DNA of 64,000 nt. Origin: Candidatus Poseidoniales archaeon (GTDB lineage Archaea > Thermoplasmatota > Poseidoniia > Poseidoniales > Poseidoniaceae). The DNA lies in the NCBI GenBank assembly GCA_038146705.1, contig JAYQSB010000003.1, positions 2,968 to 66,967 on the forward strand. The letters run 5' to 3'. A program made the translations under genes and the position numbers. Below are positions 18,433 through 27,152 of this stretch, in pieces. The notes beneath the pieces are model-generated. The model searched no databases, was not told the origin of the DNA, and saw only the letters and a list, made by a program, of their open reading frames with translations. The first letter of the stretch is position 1. Each line of letters opens with the position of its first letter.

Positions 18433-19014
18433 ATGGGAATTCATCCAAAAATTGGCATTACAGGATTACCCCGAAGTGGTAAATCTGCGGTCATGGAAAG
18501 GGTTCTTGAAATGCTTGTTGAAGAGCGAACCAGAGAGATTGAGATGCGATCCGGCATCATTGAAAAACCGATTATGGGCGGTGTTCAAACCGAACCTCTT
18601 ATCGAAAATGGCGAACGTCTCGGATACAAAATTATTGACATTGTTTCCAAAGAAGAAGGTATCATCGCTCACAGAGACATCGACTCAAGGCTTCGCGTCT
18701 TAGGCTTCGGTCTTGACCTTGAATCATTAGCTAGAGTTGCAGTTCCTGCCATAACATACGCACATGAAAAATGTGAAGTCCTCGTCATCGATGAAATTGG
18801 TAAATTTTCGGTTGAATCTGAAGAATTTGTCAATGCGGTTCGTGAGGCACTTGAAGTTGACATGCCGACCTTACTCACCCTTCACAAAAAGAGTCGCCAC
18901 CCTTTGCTTCAAGATATCCGGCGAAGAGATGATGGTAGAATACTCGAAGTAACGCCAGTAAATCGAGCCCTCCTCCCTTACAAAATTCATAAATTGATGA
19001 GAGAAACATACTGA
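18433..19014 (+). CDS. Nucleoside-triphosphatase THEP1-like (NTPase_1)
   Basis: Walker A is GLPRSGKSAV and Walker B is VLVIDEIGK. The ~190 aa size is typical. Confidence 0.75.
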   Translation: MGIHPKIGITGLPRSGKSAVMERVLEMLVEERTREIEMRSGIIEKPIMGGVQTEPLIENGERLGYKIIDIVSKEEGIIAHRDIDSRLRVLGFGLDLESLARVAVPAITYAHEKCEVLVIDEIGKFSVESEEFVNAVREALEVDMPTLLTLHKKSRHPLLQDIRRRDDGRILEVTPVNRALLPYKIHKLMRETY

Positions 19015-19060
19015 GGCCAAATTACCAATGGCTTGATGTTCCAATGCTCCATCGCTGCTT

Positions 19061-19405
19061 ATGCACGCACCCCACAAGGCCGCCTCCTATCTCTTGGGCG
19101 GCTTAGGTGTGGGGCTCCTCCTCGCAACAGGATTTGCCCTCCAACAGAATAGGATGTCGGTCACTGAAGTTAGCGCCGGACACCTCATTCTCATCTCAGG
19201 TATTGTTTGTCTGATTTTAGCGTATGTAACCAGCAAAGGCGTTGGTCCATTATCCACACTCTTTCCAAATGAATCGTTAGAAGAGTTATCTGAACGAATA
19301 CAATCGGAGTTTCATGAAGAAGAAAAGTATGAACGAGTAAGCAATGCTTGGGCTGAATTAGAAGCCACAGTACTCACTTCAGAACTTGCGGAAGGCGAAG
19401 AATGA
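19061..19405 (+). CDS. Hypothetical membrane protein (2 TM)
   Basis: Hydrophobic helices are LLGGLGVGLLLATGFAL and LILISGIVCLILAYV, with an acidic C-terminus. Confidence 0.45.
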   Translation: MHAPHKAASYLLGGLGVGLLLATGFALQQNRMSVTEVSAGHLILISGIVCLILAYVTSKGVGPLSTLFPNESLEELSERIQSEFHEEEKYERVSNAWAELEATVLTSELAEGEE

Positions 19406-19439
19406 AAATAGTCAAAAACTAATCAATTCTCATCTAATC

Positions 19440-20093
19440 ATGGCCTCGGGCATTCTTCTCCCACCCGAGCAAACCACAAAAGGATACAAGAAAGCGTTGA
19501 AAATTTTAGCAATTCTATGGTTTATCACATATTTAGGAGGATATGGTGGTACTGATAATCCCACACTTATATCGCTCAATGGTCTTTCATGTTGTGGAAT
19601 ACTGCTTATGATGGTATTGATATTTACTGGTGATTCAAAATACAAAAAGCAGCAAGCCAGGTATAAAGTTCAACTTGCACGAGTACAACAACAACAGGTT
19701 TTGAATTCTCAACCTGTTCAACAACAAGTCATTCATCATCACCACCACGCTCCCCAAGCCCAACAACAACAGGTTCAACGCCCAACTCAATTAACTCCTG
19801 AATTCAAACTTAATTACGCAATGAATTTAGAAAAAGCTCGAAATTTTGAGAAGGCAGCAGAAGCCTATTTTGAATTAGGAATGTTTGAGGAATCCGCAAG
19901 GATACGTCAAACGTATCTCGAGAAGGACAAGGGGACAACAGTGAACATTGGAAAAGTAGGCGATACACACATCAATGATTCTGTTGTCATGAATGAACCG
20001 ACCCCTCCATTGCAACCTACGAGATGCAGATCATGCCAGCAATCGGTTGAGCCCGAATGGACAATGTGCCCTCATTGCACCCAGCCACTCTAA
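19440..20093 (+). CDS. Membrane protein with Q/H-rich low-complexity linker and C-terminal zinc ribbon
   Basis: The start was re-picked at the 19440 ATG. It has two TM segments, then QQQQVLNSQPVQQQVIHHHHHAPQAQQQQVQ, and a C-terminal CRSCQQSVEPEWTMCPHC. Confidence 0.5.
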   Translation: MASGILLPPEQTTKGYKKALKILAILWFITYLGGYGGTDNPTLISLNGLSCCGILLMMVLIFTGDSKYKKQQARYKVQLARVQQQQVLNSQPVQQQVIHHHHHAPQAQQQQVQRPTQLTPEFKLNYAMNLEKARNFEKAAEAYFELGMFEESARIRQTYLEKDKGTTVNIGKVGDTHINDSVVMNEPTPPLQPTRCRSCQQSVEPEWTMCPHCTQPL

Positions 20094-20148
20094 TTTTCAC
20101 ATCGGTGAATTCTTGAATTAGGAGCCTGTCCACTAGAACGGTGAGCAA

Positions 20149-20532
20149 ATGAGCAATGTGCCAGAAGGATTGTATTACACAAAAGAACACGAATGGATTC
20201 GAATGGATGGCAATGTTGCTACGTTAGGAATAACAGACCATGCACAAGAAATGCTCACAGACATTGTTTACATTGAATTACCAGTGTCCGGAGATGCCGT
20301 AGAAGACATGGGCGAATTTGCTATCGTTGAATCTGTAAAATCCGCATCACCAATATTTGCACCACTTGCTGGAGTCATTACCGAGGTGAATGATGCACTT
20401 GACGATGCTCCTGAATTGATGAATACAGATCCTTACGGTGAAGGCTGGATCGTTAAAATTGAACTCGAAAATCCAGACCAAGTATCAACACTCATGGATG
20501 CTGCTGCTTACAAATCAGAAATTGGCGAGTGA
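20149..20532 (+). CDS. gcvH: Glycine cleavage system H protein (lipoyl carrier)
   Basis: YTKEHEWI and VESVKSAS (lipoyl-lysine motif) are present, and the protein is 127 aa. Confidence 0.9.
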   Translation: MSNVPEGLYYTKEHEWIRMDGNVATLGITDHAQEMLTDIVYIELPVSGDAVEDMGEFAIVESVKSASPIFAPLAGVITEVNDALDDAPELMNTDPYGEGWIVKIELENPDQVSTLMDAAAYKSEIGE

Positions 20533-20534
20533 AG

Positions 20535-21074
20535 ATGTCAAGCTCCAACCACTGGAGCCTGTATGTCGACGGTTCATGTTTAGAAAATCAAAACGTCACT
20601 GCCCAAACGCCTGCCGCGTGGGGCGTAGTTATCGTCACTGGTGATTCTGGATTAGGAAAAGGAACAGGCGAACTTTTCCATGAATTTTCAGGAATGGTCA
20701 TCACATCTTCTGATGAACATGAGTTTATTGGAGCCGAGGTTGGGTCAAACAATACCGCTGAATTGACCGCGTTTGCAGAGGCATTACGCTGGCTTCTCAT
20801 CGAAGGTGGTACTGATTCAGCCATCATTCGAACCGATTCACAGTACGCTGGTAATTTAGCATGTGGCAAATGGAAACCTTCAGCGAATGTTCAACTTGTT
20901 CGTCATGTTCAGTCACTTTGGAATGAGGTAAGTGAGATGAGGCCACTTGAATGGCAGCATGTCCGAGCACATCGTGGACATCGTTGGAACGAAAGAGCAG
21001 ACCATATCGCTAGTCGTAAGGCTGCTGGCGAATTACCAGAGCCGCTGAGTTTTTGGAAACCAGGCCAACGTTAA
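20535..21074 (+). CDS. rnhA: Ribonuclease HI
   Basis: The DEDD residues sit in YVDGSC, NNTAELTA, RTDSQY and WNERADHIA. An in-frame GTG at 20529 overlaps the gcvH stop. Confidence 0.85.
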   Translation: MSSSNHWSLYVDGSCLENQNVTAQTPAAWGVVIVTGDSGLGKGTGELFHEFSGMVITSSDEHEFIGAEVGSNNTAELTAFAEALRWLLIEGGTDSAIIRTDSQYAGNLACGKWKPSANVQLVRHVQSLWNEVSEMRPLEWQHVRAHRGHRWNERADHIASRKAAGELPEPLSFWKPGQR

Positions 21075-21928
21075 CCGATTCTTTCCCTCAGCCAGCCCAA
21101 TAGTTCGTCCCTGTAATCAACCCTTCTCAAACCATGGTCTATCTGTGATTTTAACCACGCAAGAGGCAATCCAGAGTCGTACCATGCCATTTGGTCAAAG
21201 CAGTGACTATGCAATCGGCCTTCTTTCATCCAATGTTTTTGCATTTCAATCGTCTGCAATTCACCAAATTCTTCGTGAGAATACCTCTGCAACAATTTCA
21301 TAGCGTCTTGTGTAAAGATATAGCGGCCACACAAGGCGAGATTCGAAGGAGCATCATGTTGACTTGGTTTCTCAATGATTTCAACCACTCTGCTACCTTC
21401 AACTTTGGCGATGCCATAGTGTTCAACCTCTTCGGGTTTAACTCGAAACAGTGCCACTGTGGGCTCATTTGTTTTGGCAAATGTATTGACCAATTGCATG
21501 CTTGCCGTCGACGGCTCAAAATGTTCAGTTGATGAATGTCGATCGAGAAGAATGTTATCTCCAAGCAGAACTAAACATGGACCTTCGACAAACGGTAGGG
21601 CTTGCATCAGAGCATCACCAAAGCCTTTTGGCTGATGTTGAACATGAAACTGAATATCAACACCATTGGAGGCATCAAAGAACTGCTCATCCATTTTTCC
21701 TCTGTATTGTTTCAACTCAGTAGCATCAAGAATCACCTCTAGATTTTTATTCGGCGATGTCACGATGTGCAAGACCTCCACACCTGCTAACTTTGCCTCA
21801 AAAATGAGATGAAGAATTGCTGGAATATCAACAAGGGGTAACATTTCTTTTGGGACATAGGCACTTGCAGGAAACATCCGAGACCCAATGCCTCCCGCCA
21901 CAATAATGCCGTGAGAAACACCCGTCAT
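21071..21928 (-). CDS. Sugar-1-phosphate nucleotidyltransferase (UTP--glucose-1-phosphate uridylyltransferase-like)
   Basis: GIIVAGGIGSRMFPAS and PKEMLPLVD are present. The start was re-picked at MTGVSHG (21928). Confidence 0.8.
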   Translation of the reverse strand: MTGVSHGIIVAGGIGSRMFPASAYVPKEMLPLVDIPAILHLIFEAKLAGVEVLHIVTSPNKNLEVILDATELKQYRGKMDEQFFDASNGVDIQFHVQHQPKGFGDALMQALPFVEGPCLVLLGDNILLDRHSSTEHFEPSTASMQLVNTFAKTNEPTVALFRVKPEEVEHYGIAKVEGSRVVEIIEKPSQHDAPSNLALCGRYIFTQDAMKLLQRYSHEEFGELQTIEMQKHWMKEGRLHSHCFDQMAWYDSGLPLAWLKSQIDHGLRRVDYRDELLGWLRERIG

Positions 21929-21980
21929 GGTTCCCTCAAGAATGAATAGGCTTTCAAATATAGGCTCTTTCAGAATCTCA

Positions 21981-22391
21981 ATGAGGGAAAATAAAGTAAT
22001 TCTGGCCCTCGCCATTTTTGGCTTCATCGGCGTTCTTTTTTCCATCAGTGACGCTCAAATTTCGGGGCCATGGAATTCGCCTTCATTTACTCGGGGTGTT
22101 ATAGGATTAGGAGGATTAGCATGCTTGTATTTTGCATGGTATGGGATAGTCTTTGGTCGATTCGGTATTGTGCCAAGTCAAACTATGTGGAAAAATCCAC
22201 AAAAAACGAAATGGAGTGTTTTCTTGTTTGGATGTTGTATGCTATCAATAACAAAAATCTTGCAAATAACGCCAATTGGCAAAACATTTCCCGCACCGGC
22301 TGGCCTTCTATTGACATTTATTGGCTGTCTTGCACTGCTCAATGCGACATATGTACATCTGACGTTAGGTGTTCTATCTGAAGAAGAATAG
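21981..22391 (+). CDS. Hypothetical membrane protein (4 TM)
   Basis: It has four hydrophobic segments. The start was re-picked at MRENKV so that it is divergent from the galU-like gene. Confidence 0.45.
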   Translation: MRENKVILALAIFGFIGVLFSISDAQISGPWNSPSFTRGVIGLGGLACLYFAWYGIVFGRFGIVPSQTMWKNPQKTKWSVFLFGCCMLSITKILQITPIGKTFPAPAGLLLTFIGCLALLNATYVHLTLGVLSEEE

Positions 22392-22392
22392 T

Positions 22393-23886
22393 TCAGTCAT
22401 CGAGAAATCCTAGGTCTTGGTCGAGGACTTCGAGAGCCGAATCTAGTTTAGGCAGTTTTTCAGGGACTTCCATCGACGAAACATGAGATGAATTCTGCTG
22501 ATGATGCGGTATATCGCCACCATCTTTGAGCCATTCCAACCACTTGTCTTTTCCACCGGGTTTCCTCATTTCTAGCGGCTCCCAGAGTGGATTCAAATCA
22601 GCATTGAGGTCCGTGAGTTGTTGAACTTTTTGAGCAAAATGATGCGGTGCAATTTCCTCCATGCGAAGAAGAAGTTCTCGCAATCGAGTTCGTACGACTT
22701 CATCGCCATCCATCCACAAAACGGGAACGATATTTCTTCGGTCCTTAGGATCAAATTCAATGTAATCTCTCAAATTTGAAACAAGATTTCGACGTACGAT
22801 AGGAGTTGGGTGTGAGGCTAGAGATTGAATCGTATCTGCCCAGGTGTCTTTGTCGAGATATTTTAAATCACCAACGGTTGAACTCGCTGCTGCTAAGACA
22901 CCTTCATCAGTTGACTTCAACATATCCTGTAGATACGGATGTGCCTTCCACCCCAATCTTCTAAACATTCTAGTCAAAACATCAGCCATACCTCGTTGTA
23001 TGAGGGTTTCATCTCTTTGATGGAGCCGTTCAGCGAGTTCAAGACCTAACTCAGGATCAAATTCAATGGTTTTTGCCAAGCATAGAATTACCTTTGATAC
23101 AACTTCAACATTTGAATCGGCACTTCTTCTCAACAAAATATTTGGTAAGTTGAGAGGGCCGACAAGCGGTGGTCTTTCCATCAACAACCGCACCCATTCC
23201 ATAAGAAGTAACCGACGTTCAGCATTGTCTGATTCCAAACGTTCGAGAATCCAGAGAGCGGCTTTTACACCTTCTTCATGTGCAATCACATCGGTCATCC
23301 GAGGGACGACAGCATTAGGATTCCATTCCATATGTTGTGGTCCAACATCTGGTTGAGTGTGCCATGTACCAGGTCGTTCAGCCAGGGCGATTGACTCAAG
23401 CAAATGATATCCTTCGTGAACAGCAGATCCATGAGGTTTTGTGCACAATCCATCGATAAGTGCAACACTGAGCCACCACTTATCCGAATTAGGTGCATAT
23501 TTATCAAATGCTTCAGCCAACCAATCGGTAGCGATATGAAACATCAAACGATCTGCAACATCTTCTTGACGCCTTTTTAGCCATGTATTGTGAACTTCAA
23601 ACGGGTCATCAGTTAAATTCATCCGGTAGGGAACAAGTCGTTCAACGACATTGATGAGATGACGTTCAAACATCCCTTTATCGAGATTTAGAATCCCGAG
23701 ACCTAGCGAAAAAAGGTCATGTGGGGCAGCTGGATGAATTGCTGGAAAATCAGGGTCCTGAACGGGTGGGCCCGGAAGCGGCCATTTTGTTGTGCCGTAC
23801 TCAAGGGCTTCAACCAGTTTTTTTGCTACCAATTCAAAAATTGATTCAACCAATTCTTTTCGGGCTTTGGACATTTCACCCACCAA
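22393..23886 (-). CDS. Hypothetical all-helical (HEAT/ARM-like repeat) protein with acidic C-terminal tail
   Basis: It lies 28 nt downstream of tfb on the same strand. No catalytic motif was recognised. The C-terminus is LDQDLGFLDD. Confidence 0.5.
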   Translation of the reverse strand: MVGEMSKARKELVESIFELVAKKLVEALEYGTTKWPLPGPPVQDPDFPAIHPAAPHDLFSLGLGILNLDKGMFERHLINVVERLVPYRMNLTDDPFEVHNTWLKRRQEDVADRLMFHIATDWLAEAFDKYAPNSDKWWLSVALIDGLCTKPHGSAVHEGYHLLESIALAERPGTWHTQPDVGPQHMEWNPNAVVPRMTDVIAHEEGVKAALWILERLESDNAERRLLLMEWVRLLMERPPLVGPLNLPNILLRRSADSNVEVVSKVILCLAKTIEFDPELGLELAERLHQRDETLIQRGMADVLTRMFRRLGWKAHPYLQDMLKSTDEGVLAAASSTVGDLKYLDKDTWADTIQSLASHPTPIVRRNLVSNLRDYIEFDPKDRRNIVPVLWMDGDEVVRTRLRELLLRMEEIAPHHFAQKVQQLTDLNADLNPLWEPLEMRKPGGKDKWLEWLKDGGDIPHHQQNSSHVSSMEVPEKLPKLDSALEVLDQDLGFLDD

Positions 23887-23914
23887 AGTTATTCAATGGG
23901 AAACAAAAGACCAC

Positions 23915-24841
23915 TCAGATGTCGAGTTCAATGTTGAGGTTTTGAATCAATTCCTTGTATCGATTTCGAATCGTAACTTCTGTCACACCCGCAACTTCGG
24001 CAACTTCCCGTTGAGTTCTTCTCTTTCCGCATAGCACTGAAGCAATGTAGATGATTGAAGCAGCGATTCCTGTAGGTCCCCGACCACTCGTCAATTCTTT
24101 TTCCTGTGCAGCTTTGATGAGTTCGTGTGCTTTTGATTCAACTTCTGCATCGAGACCGAGGCCTGAACAGAATCTGGAAATGTAATCCTCTGGCCCTGTT
24201 GGCATAATTTTCATTTTCAACTCTCGGACCATAAATCGGTATGTTCGACCAATTTCTTTTCGACCAGTTCGCGACGCTTGGCCGATTTCATCGAGTGTTC
24301 GAGGAACACCACATTGTCTGCATGCAGCATAGAGAGATGCAGCCGCAACCCCTTCTATTGAGCGACCGCGTATCAATCTCTTATCAACAGCTTTCTTGTA
24401 ATTCACAGCGGCTGCCTCGCGAACAGTCTTTGGAAGTTCAAGTCTGCTTGCCATTCTATCAAGTTCAGCAAGGGCCATAGCAAGATTTCTTTCTGTTGCG
24501 TTCGAAACTCTGCTTCGCTTTTGCCATTTCCTCATTCTGTAGAATTGAGACCTGTATTTTGAATTGATCGTTTTCCCAGAGTAATCTTTGTTTTGCCAAT
24601 CGATGTCAGTGGACAGACCTTTGTCGTGAAGCATGACGGTCATAGGAGCCCCAGTTCTTGCTCTTTGATCGCCTTGTTCGGGTGAGAAAACACGCCATTC
24701 TGCACCTTGATCAATGACATTGTCTTCAAGAACGAGGCCACAGTCATTACAAACGACCTCGCCACGAGTTTCGTCTCGAGAGAGAGACCGACTTCCACAA
24801 TCACTGCATTTTACGATATCTTCGACTTGTTGGTTATCCAT
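23915..24841 (-). CDS. tfb: Transcription initiation factor IIB (TFB)
   Basis: It has an N-terminal zinc ribbon (CSDCGS...CNDCGLV), a B-finger region and two cyclin-fold repeats. Confidence 0.92.
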   Translation of the reverse strand: MDNQQVEDIVKCSDCGSRSLSRDETRGEVVCNDCGLVLEDNVIDQGAEWRVFSPEQGDQRARTGAPMTVMLHDKGLSTDIDWQNKDYSGKTINSKYRSQFYRMRKWQKRSRVSNATERNLAMALAELDRMASRLELPKTVREAAAVNYKKAVDKRLIRGRSIEGVAAASLYAACRQCGVPRTLDEIGQASRTGRKEIGRTYRFMVRELKMKIMPTGPEDYISRFCSGLGLDAEVESKAHELIKAAQEKELTSGRGPTGIAASIIYIASVLCGKRRTQREVAEVAGVTEVTIRNRYKELIQNLNIELDI

Positions 24842-24892
24842 ATTTTCACATCCCTATGTTCCAAAGGAACATTATTTCCCCCAAAGAAAGCA

Positions 24893-24900
24893 TATTTAAA
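24893..24900 (-). promoter_or_regulatory. Possible TATA box (TTTAAATA on the minus strand) for tfb; near-palindromic, could also serve the divergent aconitase-family gene
   Basis: The plus-strand sequence is tatttaaa, 52-59 nt upstream of the tfb ATG (24841). Confidence 0.3.
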
Positions 24901-25019
24901 CTTTTCATGTTGACTTAATAATCATATTCATTTTACAGCAAATGATTTTTTCAAATTCATCTTTCATCAAAGCCGAACGGGTTAAACATGGGAGGGGCCT
25001 CCAGTGGCATGGGGATGGA

Positions 25020-27008
25020 ATGGAGCAACGCACTATGCCGCACACAATTCGCCTCAGCCCCGGAAAACGAGTTCTCTTTCTTACCAAAGATTTGGATTTG
25101 ATTCGAAAACAGTTGTATGATGGCTTGAATCTTCGAATGGAAGACTTGCGAATGGAAGATCTTCTCGATGATATCAATACCGACGTCATGACGCCTGCTT
25201 GGGTTTGTTTTGACCATCGGCCCGAAGATATTGCGAAAAATGCATATGCTGGCTTAATGCACAACGGTTTGCGAGTGTTTTCAGAAAAAGCACTGATAAA
25301 TGGAAATTTCGAAGTTATCGTTTCTGGTCAGCGCAAGGGGACTGGATCAAGTCGAGAAACAGCAGCTCAATGTGAACGGTGGGCTGGTATTCGAATCGTC
25401 ATAGCAGCATCTTTTGCCCCAATACATGAACGAAATAACATCAATTTGGGTCAACTTATGGGTGATTATGAAATCCTAAAACGACTTCAAAACGATGAAG
25501 AAATACCCCTCGAGGAATTCACCAACCGGTATGACCCCGTCACAAAACTCATTCTCGAGCATGGAGGCTTGTTTCAATTCGCCCAAGCACTCAAAAACAA
25601 TACGATTCAACTTCCCGAAATTTCGACACCATCCCGACCTATGACGATGGCAGAAAAAATCATTGCAAACAATCTGGTTGGACAATTGGAAGGGCAATGC
25701 GTTCAACCAGGCGACCCGGTCATCGCTGAAGTTCAAGGGGGTTACTCACATGAATTCACAACTGCACAGGTTCATGAGTTCTTAGCAAAGGAATATGGTG
25801 AAGAATATACGCTGCCAAATCCAGCAAAATTTGCTGTTTTTGAAGACCATCTTTTGTATGCTCATCATAACCCAAAATTTGTTCCATTTATGGATAAGGT
25901 CGAAACACTTCGTCGTTTACAAAAAGAATTTCAAGTCCATACAGATGTACGAGATTACTCAGCAATCGATGGCATCTCGCCGGGCATTTGTCACCAAGTC
26001 GCACGAGAAGAATTCATTGAAATTGGTGATTTCATTCAGGCAACAGACTCGCACACATGCATGGGCGGGGCATCAAACGCTCTTACTTGGGGTGTCGGGG
26101 CCACTGAATATGCAAATTTGATCAGCGCCGGCTTCACCTTCGTGAAGGTTCCAGAATCAATTCGTTTTGAACTCGTGGGAACTCTTCACCCAGGATGTAC
26201 GGCAAAAGATGTCATTCTCTACATTTTAGCAGACCATGCACGCAAAGAGTTGACCCTTAATCGAAGCATGGAATTTGGTGGTCCGGGCCTTGCATCGTTA
26301 TCTATCGACGAACGTGCAACCCTATGCAATATGGCGACTGAATGCTCAGGAAGGACAGGAATCTGTGAAGCAGATGATGCTCTGCTCGACTGGATGCTTG
26401 CATCACAACCACATCTGTCTCGCGAAGAGCAGTCCCGAAAAATCATCACAGCCGATACAGGAGCCCAGTACGATGGAGGAATTCACACAATTAATTTGTC
26501 CAACATCGTACCCATGGTCGCTCACCCAGGAGACCCGGACAAAGGCATCCCAAGTGACCCCACGAATGGAGCAAATGTTTCCGACATAGGGGAGGTATCA
26601 ATCAATATTGCCTATGGAGGTTCTTGCACTGCTGGAAAAATCGATGACATTGCATATTATGCACAAGTATGCCTTGCTGCAAAAAATGCTGGTTTAATCG
26701 TCAACGGTGACGTCGAATTTTACATTCAGTATGGGTCCAAACATGTCAAAGATGTCGCAGTTTCGAATGGCTGGCATCAACTTTTCCTTGATGTTGGTGT
26801 AAAAATCATCGACCCCGGATGTGGTGCTTGTATTGGTGCAGGCCCGGGTGTTTCTACAGACGAAAATCAGGTGACAGTATCAGCAATCAACAGAAATTTC
26901 CAAGGCCGTTCTGGGCCAGGAAAACTTTACCTTGCAAGCCCTCTTACTGTCGCAGCAAGTGCGTTCACTGGTAAAATCACTTCTTGGGTTGACGATTTAT
27001 TCGCATAA
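25020..27008 (+). CDS. Aconitase-family hydro-lyase with N-terminal swivel (LeuD-like) domain fused before the LeuC-like catalytic domains
   Basis: The swivel motif GQRKGTGSSRETAAQ comes first. It is followed by TDSHTCMGGA, GGSCTAGKIDD, GCGACIGAGPG and NRNFQGRSG (Fe-S cluster and substrate motifs). The start is uncertain (24942, 25020 or 25035). Confidence 0.8.
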   Translation: MEQRTMPHTIRLSPGKRVLFLTKDLDLIRKQLYDGLNLRMEDLRMEDLLDDINTDVMTPAWVCFDHRPEDIAKNAYAGLMHNGLRVFSEKALINGNFEVIVSGQRKGTGSSRETAAQCERWAGIRIVIAASFAPIHERNNINLGQLMGDYEILKRLQNDEEIPLEEFTNRYDPVTKLILEHGGLFQFAQALKNNTIQLPEISTPSRPMTMAEKIIANNLVGQLEGQCVQPGDPVIAEVQGGYSHEFTTAQVHEFLAKEYGEEYTLPNPAKFAVFEDHLLYAHHNPKFVPFMDKVETLRRLQKEFQVHTDVRDYSAIDGISPGICHQVAREEFIEIGDFIQATDSHTCMGGASNALTWGVGATEYANLISAGFTFVKVPESIRFELVGTLHPGCTAKDVILYILADHARKELTLNRSMEFGGPGLASLSIDERATLCNMATECSGRTGICEADDALLDWMLASQPHLSREEQSRKIITADTGAQYDGGIHTINLSNIVPMVAHPGDPDKGIPSDPTNGANVSDIGEVSINIAYGGSCTAGKIDDIAYYAQVCLAAKNAGLIVNGDVEFYIQYGSKHVKDVAVSNGWHQLFLDVGVKIIDPGCGACIGAGPGVSTDENQVTVSAINRNFQGRSGPGKLYLASPLTVAASAFTGKITSWVDDLFA

Positions 27009-27152
27009 TTCGATGTGAACTTCATCTTCACATTGTAAAAATGTGGCTCTGCAATATCATTTTACGATGATATTTTAAGATGGGTTGTGCCGCTGTCCGT
27101 TGTACTACTGGCCCAACGTTGTGATGACAAAGGAGCACCAGGAGGAAGAATC

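Noticed and set aside
25131-25159. Tandem ~15-nt duplication (cttcgaatggaaga / cttgcgaatggaaga) giving LRMEDLRMEDL
   Set aside because: It is a small in-frame duplication in the N-terminal linker of the aconitase-family gene. It has only two units and is too short for a repeat array or CRISPR.
27013-27033. A 7-bp hairpin (ATGTGAA...TTCACAT) just after the aconitase-family stop codon
   Set aside because: It is a short AT-rich stem followed by an A-rich rather than T-rich tract. It may be a weak terminator but is not distinctive.
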